Of a DNA stretch of 50,639 nt, positions 45,826 through 50,639 are shown one piece after another. Each line of letters begins with the position of its first letter. The first letter of the stretch is position 1. The stretch comes from a virus (Duplodnaviria > Caudoviricetes). The stretch covers positions 1-50,639 of IMG/VR virus record IMGVR_UViG_3300045999_000972; one strand, 5' to 3'. The position numbers and the translations under genes were made by a program. The notes beneath the pieces are model-generated. The model saw only the letters and a list, made by a program, of their open reading frames with translations, ran no database searches and had not been told where the DNA came from.

Positions 45826-46485
45826 TTAAACCCTAGCCGAATCACAGTCGTGTCGAGCAGGGCAGAACCTGCATAGACCTGATGGTTTGGCAGGCCAGTT
45901 GTCATGCTCAAGGCTCGTGTGAATACGTTGTATACGCTTCATAATCTCAGCCCATATAGGGTTGATGTCGATGCGGTTGTACACCTCGGTGTCCATCTCC
46001 ATAGTCTTGAGCCACACCAGTGAAGTCTTAACTCTCTGTACCTCGGGGAAGTGTTTAAATACTTGGGCGGCGAACAGTTGCATTTGGAATTGGTCAGCGT
46101 TTCGCTTGCCTGTCTTCCAATCCATCACGTTGGCATCGTGCCCATTGATTACAAGGATGTCAAGTTTAGAACGTATCCATGCGTCAGCATCCCACCAACC
46201 TGTTGGTGTAAGGTTGTCACTGAGGACTAGCTCCTTCTCGATGTGAAGTTCACCCCCCTTGGCAATCCGTTCGACCGATGAACACAAGGGTTCGTAGTGG
46301 GCAATCTCTTGTGGCAACAAGTTGTTGGACTTGAGCCGATGTTCGAGGTACTCATGGATTCTTTCACCATACTTACTGGCTTCGCCACCTGCGTCAACAA
46401 CATCTTTGACAACACGCTGACGGAAGTAGCGGTACGGACAGTTCTCATACAACTTAATGGATGAGTAGGAGTGACTAAGGCGCAT
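45826..46485 (-). CDS. PD-(D/E)XK exonuclease (Cas4/RecB-like)
   Basis: SYSSIKLYENCP, G..IH, KLD..DWKTGK, Q.QLFA, C-terminal CRFCP..C. Confidence 0.88.
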   Translation of the reverse strand: MRLSHSYSSIKLYENCPYRYFRQRVVKDVVDAGGEASKYGERIHEYLEHRLKSNNLLPQEIAHYEPLCSSVERIAKGGELHIEKELVLSDNLTPTGWWDADAWIRSKLDILVINGHDANVMDWKTGKRNADQFQMQLFAAQVFKHFPEVQRVKTSLVWLKTMEMDTEVYNRIDINPIWAEIMKRIQRIHTSLEHDNWPAKPSGLCRFCPARHDCDSARV

Positions 46486-46546
46486 AGGTTGTAGCCCCTC
46501 GGGGTGTCCTTGGGGTTCTCTGTTTAATTGGAAAGTCCAGTGTACA

Positions 46547-46780
46547 TCACTCGTGCATACGGCGCAAGATGTCGTACTTCAGAATCTCCAACTGGGCAAT
46601 CACTTCCGTTACGCTCTCCATTTTGGTGGAGTAGCGGGTGTACATGTCGTCTGCCTTAAGCATGATAAGAACATCAGTCGCACCCCCCTCCTCTACCCGT
46701 GCCAGTGCTGACTGCAACATGGCAACAACTTCCTCTTTACGTTTATTCCCTACTACATCAGTCAAGTTTGTTATGTTCAT
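46547..46780 (-). CDS. Hypothetical protein
   Basis: Likely ATG at 46780 with SD AAAGGA. Confidence 0.65.
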   Translation of the reverse strand: MNITNLTDVVGNKRKEEVVAMLQSALARVEEGGATDVLIMLKADDMYTRYSTKMESVTEVIAQLEILKYDILRRMHE

Positions 46781-46943
46781 TTCGATTCCTTTTGTTATCA
46801 ATCATCATGTCGCACCCCTTTTCGTCATCCCCCAATGGGACAACTACAAACCATGACTGTCGGTCACTGGTAGGGGCGGTGTATCTAAAGCAATCACCAC
46901 GCACAGGGCATCCAAATCCTTTGCATTTGGTAATGTCAACCAT
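46758..46943 (-). CDS. Small Cys-rich protein
   Basis: DITKCKG..CPVRGDCFRY; coupled to the polymerase stop. Confidence 0.7.
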   Translation of the reverse strand: MVDITKCKGFGCPVRGDCFRYTAPTSDRQSWFVVVPLGDDEKGCDMMIDNKRNRNEHNKLD

Positions 46944-48826
46944 CAGGTATCTCCATAGTTCTCTGCGTGACCTGCTTCACAAGCCACTGGTAAGTCGGCA
47001 CACCAGCTAGGTGCGGTAGACATAATCGTGACAAGATGTTGCTCTGCCTCTGTCGCATGTGTCGCCGGGGCTGTGATGATAATTTCATCGTGTACTTGGA
47101 AAGCCACATGGTAGTGCCGACCAATGGCAGTCATCTGTTCGGACACCACGATACGAGCCATCGCTTGGATGATGTTCTCTGTGACCTTACCCCCATAGAT
47201 TTTTGTCCACGAGATGTCGGACACCTGACCACTCATCACCCTGTCAGTCACCGCCTTACGATATGTTCGTGCGTCACCGATGTACTCGTAGTTGCTTCCG
47301 TTGGCACGGAGCGCAGGGTATCGAATGTACAAACCGTTCGGCAGCCGTATGCCTTGCTCGTCATACGTCAACATCTTTGCGATTGAGCCTGTCTGTCGTG
47401 ACACGATACCACCCAGTGCGCTTCCACACTTCTGCCATAGGGCAACAATCTTGTGGTTCTTCTGTCGGTACAAGCGAACGATACGTTCTGCTTCGGCAAG
47501 TTCAATCTTCACACTGATACCGCCTTGCCCAATCTCTAGGGTACGTCTAAACTTCTCAGCACCCATGCCGTAGCCCAGTCCCAAGATGCAGGTCTTACCT
47601 ACGAACCGTTCAATCTTGTCAGCCTTCGTGACCTTGCGACCATAGACTTCAGATGCGAACTCACTATATACATCACGACCTTCGGCAAACGCACCGACCA
47701 AATCATGTTGCTCTGCTACCCAAGCTACCATGCGGGCCTCAATCTGTGACGAATCACATGCCACAAGAACTTGTCCGTTGGGTGCTTTCAATGCCCGTCG
47801 GATTGTGTTGTTCCCACGAGCGGGTAAGTTCTGCAAGTTCAGCTTATCCCCACCTGAGAACCTGCCTGTGTGCGCACCATAATAGTTGAGCATGATTGGC
47901 AGGCGACCGCGCTCGGACACACCAATCAAATTCTCGGTGCGAGTTTCTTCTAGAGTGGACTTCACGCCGAGCCTTGCGGCGACCGCAACCTGAACCTTCT
48001 CATTAGGATGTTCGAGAAGTTCGATGAACGCTTTGTCAGTCTTACCGAACGCAAATGTTTCCTTGCCTGTGCGTGCGCTCACCTTGGTTGGTGGCTCGAC
48101 CCCGAGGTTGGTGAGGTACTTCGCAAAGATTTGGTTACTCATCAACGTCTTGGTGATTGCTTCGTCACTGATACCAGTGAGTCCCATGTCAGTGATGAGG
48201 GTGCGCTTCCTTGTTTTGACTTCCTCAAGATGTTGCTCTAAGAGTTCCCTGTCAAGTTCAATGCTAGGCTCGGTGTACATGCGTAGCGTTTGGTCAATGA
48301 CCATCAACTCACTGGTTGGGAAACCCTTGCTCAGTTTCTTGAACAAGTTGTACGTTAACTCCACATCGTTCTTGCAGTACTCACCGTACCGTGCCATCTC
48401 GTCAGGTGTGAACGCAGATTTTCTTTTACCTAATGCGTTAAGAACTTCCTCGCCCTTCTGACCTAGCCCATAGTAGGTAGCCAGTGCTTTGAGTGAACCC
48501 CCCACAGTCATTTGGTGGAGTGGTCTTGCCATTGATAGAGTGTCGAGCCACAACTTTGGTTTGATTCCAAAGTGCCATGACAGGATAGCCCCATCGAACG
48601 CAGTATTGTGGCAAAGGATTGCCTTGTCGGTGTAGTCAAGACTGTTGAGGAACTTACCTACGTTGTCCCCCGAGTACCAGTCTGTCGGGTAGTTGTTGAC
48701 CTTGATGCCTACCCCGATGACCTCAAACAAATTGCTACGAACATACTGCTCGGTGGTCATCTTAGACAGGGAGTAGTCCTTGTCGTAGTAGGTTTCAAAG
48801 TCAATGGTTACGATGTCCATTGTCAC
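46943..48826 (-). CDS. DNA polymerase, family A, with 3'-5' exonuclease
   Basis: Exo motifs DFET, HNTAFD, YCKND; HTGRFSG; motif A DSSQIEAR; motif B KTCILGLGYG; motif C VHDE. Confidence 0.95.
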   Translation of the reverse strand: MTMDIVTIDFETYYDKDYSLSKMTTEQYVRSNLFEVIGVGIKVNNYPTDWYSGDNVGKFLNSLDYTDKAILCHNTAFDGAILSWHFGIKPKLWLDTLSMARPLHQMTVGGSLKALATYYGLGQKGEEVLNALGKRKSAFTPDEMARYGEYCKNDVELTYNLFKKLSKGFPTSELMVIDQTLRMYTEPSIELDRELLEQHLEEVKTRKRTLITDMGLTGISDEAITKTLMSNQIFAKYLTNLGVEPPTKVSARTGKETFAFGKTDKAFIELLEHPNEKVQVAVAARLGVKSTLEETRTENLIGVSERGRLPIMLNYYGAHTGRFSGGDKLNLQNLPARGNNTIRRALKAPNGQVLVACDSSQIEARMVAWVAEQHDLVGAFAEGRDVYSEFASEVYGRKVTKADKIERFVGKTCILGLGYGMGAEKFRRTLEIGQGGISVKIELAEAERIVRLYRQKNHKIVALWQKCGSALGGIVSRQTGSIAKMLTYDEQGIRLPNGLYIRYPALRANGSNYEYIGDARTYRKAVTDRVMSGQVSDISWTKIYGGKVTENIIQAMARIVVSEQMTAIGRHYHVAFQVHDEIIITAPATHATEAEQHLVTIMSTAPSWCADLPVACEAGHAENYGDT

Positions 48827-49293
48827 TTCCTTTCTATTATTGAAGTCATGCGCTTTTGTCTGCGCTCATTTTCTACAAGGGCAACTGCCCTCTCCATGTC
48901 TTTGATGGTGATGACTTCCATCTGTGCGTCATGCAATTCCATCAGGGTATTGAGTGCCTTCATCTCAACCCCCCATAGGACAAAGCGGTTGGTCTCAGCC
49001 CCCCTCCTTGCAATGTCGAGCAACGCAGTACTTCCATCTCGCAATACATCTTTGTAGTCAGTACCAAACCCCAAGCGATACAAGGCTTCAGTGATGTTCG
49101 ACATACTGATTAGCTTGTCCATGTCCTCACGAGTAGCCTTGCCCTGTGTAAGACTAGACATCGAGAGATGGTTCTTTATCTTTAGGTCAAGCAAGAAGCT
49201 ATCGTGCTTACCCACTGGGGTCATGCCCTCAAGCACATACCCCACTGGATTAACTAGCACTTTCTTTGGTCGGTACTTACTGCGCTTACGCAT
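48823..49293 (-). CDS. Hypothetical protein
   Basis: 156-aa ORF coupled to both neighbours; basic N-terminus MRKRSKYRPK. Confidence 0.75.
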   Translation of the reverse strand: MRKRSKYRPKKVLVNPVGYVLEGMTPVGKHDSFLLDLKIKNHLSMSSLTQGKATREDMDKLISMSNITEALYRLGFGTDYKDVLRDGSTALLDIARRGAETNRFVLWGVEMKALNTLMELHDAQMEVITIKDMERAVALVENERRQKRMTSIIERK

Positions 49294-49403
49294 CAGCGTC
49301 TTTCAAAGTAGTAAAGGACAAGGCAGAAGATTACGAAAGCAACTACCAAAAACCCTATCCCCATCAGCATGAACTGAAAGCCAAAGATAATGGCATCAAT
49401 CAT
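49293..49403 (-). CDS. Small membrane peptide (36 aa)
   Basis: MIDAIIFGFQFMLMGIGFLVVAFVIFCLVLYYFERR; overlaps both neighbours; not in ORF track. Confidence 0.65.
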   Translation of the reverse strand: MIDAIIFGFQFMLMGIGFLVVAFVIFCLVLYYFERR

Positions 49404-49818
49404 CGTTACCTCTTACCTCAACAAGTTTGTCGATGTAGTGACGTGCCTTCTTGATGTCATCAATCCCACCCTTAGCATCACAACGTGCAAGATATTTGAT
49501 TGCGTTACCACGCAAGAACCCTGCAAATTGTTCGGGTGTCATCCATGATTCCATTGCCTTCCAAGGTTGTACACCCATGTTCTTGTAGTGGTCGCCACCT
49601 ACCTGTAAGTTATCAGCCTTGTTGCTTGGCTTGAACTGCGTAACTGCATCAGTGATTTGGTCATTGACTTGACCTAGCATAGACCCACTAAGCACCCGCT
49701 TGCGTATGCCATACACCGATGGCATAGCTACCTTGAACTTAGCACCAACAACTTTAGGTACTGCACTTGGGTTTGCCAAGAAGTACTCTGCCACCTTCAT
49801 TGATTTAGATTTTTTCAT
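49396..49818 (-). CDS. DUF3310 (SaV-like) domain protein
   Basis: QVGGDHY...GFLRGNAIKYLAR..KGGIDDIKKARHY. Confidence 0.88.
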   Translation of the reverse strand: MKKSKSMKVAEYFLANPSAVPKVVGAKFKVAMPSVYGIRKRVLSGSMLGQVNDQITDAVTQFKPSNKADNLQVGGDHYKNMGVQPWKAMESWMTPEQFAGFLRGNAIKYLARCDAKGGIDDIKKARHYIDKLVEVRGNDD

Positions 49819-50018
49819 TTGCCTTTTCCTACTGAGTTAAGCCATGCACATTCTTCTTCAAGCAGTTTGACCCGTGCATGTAATAGGTCAATTTCTTTTT
49901 GTTGTTCATGCCATGCGGCATCCCATACTTCTTTACTCCACCCACCATCATTCTCAGTAGCTACGCTACCAATGAAGTGGGAGTAAGCACCATCACGTTT
50001 GAGGGTATCAGTCATCAC
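49815..50018 (-). CDS. Hypothetical protein
   Basis: Coupled ORF; WDAAW and a coiled coil. Confidence 0.65.
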   Translation of the reverse strand: MMTDTLKRDGAYSHFIGSVATENDGGWSKEVWDAAWHEQQKEIDLLHARVKLLEEECAWLNSVGKGK

Positions 50019-50639
50019 ATCTCCTTAAGGTGGATTGTTTCCTTGTACACACCGAACTTACGGCGCAAGTCAAGACTGTATGTACTACACAGTCTGTCTG
50101 CTTCTGCTACTACCTCTTTGACAGTGATAGCAGTTTGATAATAGCCACGGCTTACCGACTTGATGATACCTTTGAGTAGGTCAGTAGGACATTCGCCATC
50201 TCTGAGTGAAGTGTATAGCATATCTTGCCATGCTTCACTGTTCCAGTCGGGTTGTTCCCAATCGTATCGGGAAACCCCTACTCGTTCTTTATCAACTTGT
50301 TGTATCAAAGATTCTAGTACACCCATACGAGCACGTACCTTGATAGCAGACTTGAACTTACGCAACTGTCGTAGCCATGTCAGTTTGTTCTCTTGGTCTA
50401 CCTCAGTATCTTTGAGTGAAGGCTTGGCATTGATAGGCTCATAGGTATTGAGGTCAAACTGTAAGCCATCAAATAGTTCGTATCCTTCTACATCTTTAAA
50501 GTAATGCCACGCATAGGGTTCACTCTTAACTTTCTTGTAGTCCTCATACTGGGGAGTAGGCTTGACCACATATCTACCAGTACCCTTACGCACCCACAAG
50601 AATGGGATAGCACGTTGCAATGCTTGGCTTAAGGTGTCC
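50015..50639 (-). CDS. Hypothetical protein, N-terminus probably outside the window
   Basis: Frame open to the window end; at least 201 aa. Confidence 0.7.
   Translation of the reverse strand, partial: DTLSQALQRAIPFLWVRKGTGRYVVKPTPQYEDYKKVKSEPYAWHYFKDVEGYELFDGLQFDLNTYEPINAKPSLKDTEVDQENKLTWLRQLRKFKSAIKVRARMGVLESLIQQVDKERVGVSRYDWEQPDWNSEAWQDMLYTSLRDGECPTDLLKGIIKSVSRGYYQTAITVKEVVAEADRLCSTYSLDLRRKFGVYKETIHLKEM

Larger units (their letters stand above)
1..50639. mobile_element. Tailed dsDNA bacteriophage genome (podovirus-like), partial
   Basis: Terminase, portal, capsid, tail and ejection genes on +; replication genes on -; no host housekeeping genes; ORFs truncated at both ends. Confidence 0.97.

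Noticed and set aside
45826-46485. Cas4-like nuclease as evidence of a CRISPR system
   Set aside because: Stand-alone PD-(D/E)XK exonucleases are normal in phage replication modules and no array is present
1-50639. Alternative genetic code, tRNA genes or auxiliary metabolic genes
   Set aside because: Genes are intact and densely packed under the standard code; no tRNA cloverleaf or metabolic enzyme was recognised by eye, though a tRNAscan run would be needed to exclude tRNAs

Overview
The window is most of the genome of a tailed dsDNA phage with podovirus-like architecture, cut inside genes at both ends. No host genes, integrase, tRNA, rRNA or CRISPR array were seen. Positions 1-3000 (- strand) hold small early genes, a truncated AAA ATPase and an AT-rich origin-like region. 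Positions 3219-39318 (+ strand) are the late arm: terminases, portal, scaffold, major capsid, adaptors, tail fibres, a secreted/membrane-protein module, holin, M15 endolysin, tail nozzle, internal virion proteins including an SLT, and a 2753-aa polyvalent-type protein. Positions 39315-50639 (- strand) are the replication arm: primase-helicase, HTH protein, SSB-like protein, SNF2 helicase, VRR-NUC, PD-(D/E)XK exonuclease, family A DNA polymerase and DUF3310. The most notable observations are: (1) a 45-codon basic gene with its own strong SD nested in the +1 frame of the giant protein gene; (2) a duplicated early transcription unit within an array of gene/CCAAG-hairpin cassettes; (3) a four-gene secreted/membrane module beside the lysis genes; (4) a recurring [YM]xxGG motif in several late proteins; (5) an iteron/IHF origin candidate; (6) a palindromic operator overlapping -35 boxes. 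Family assignments come from recognising motifs by eye; no database search was run.
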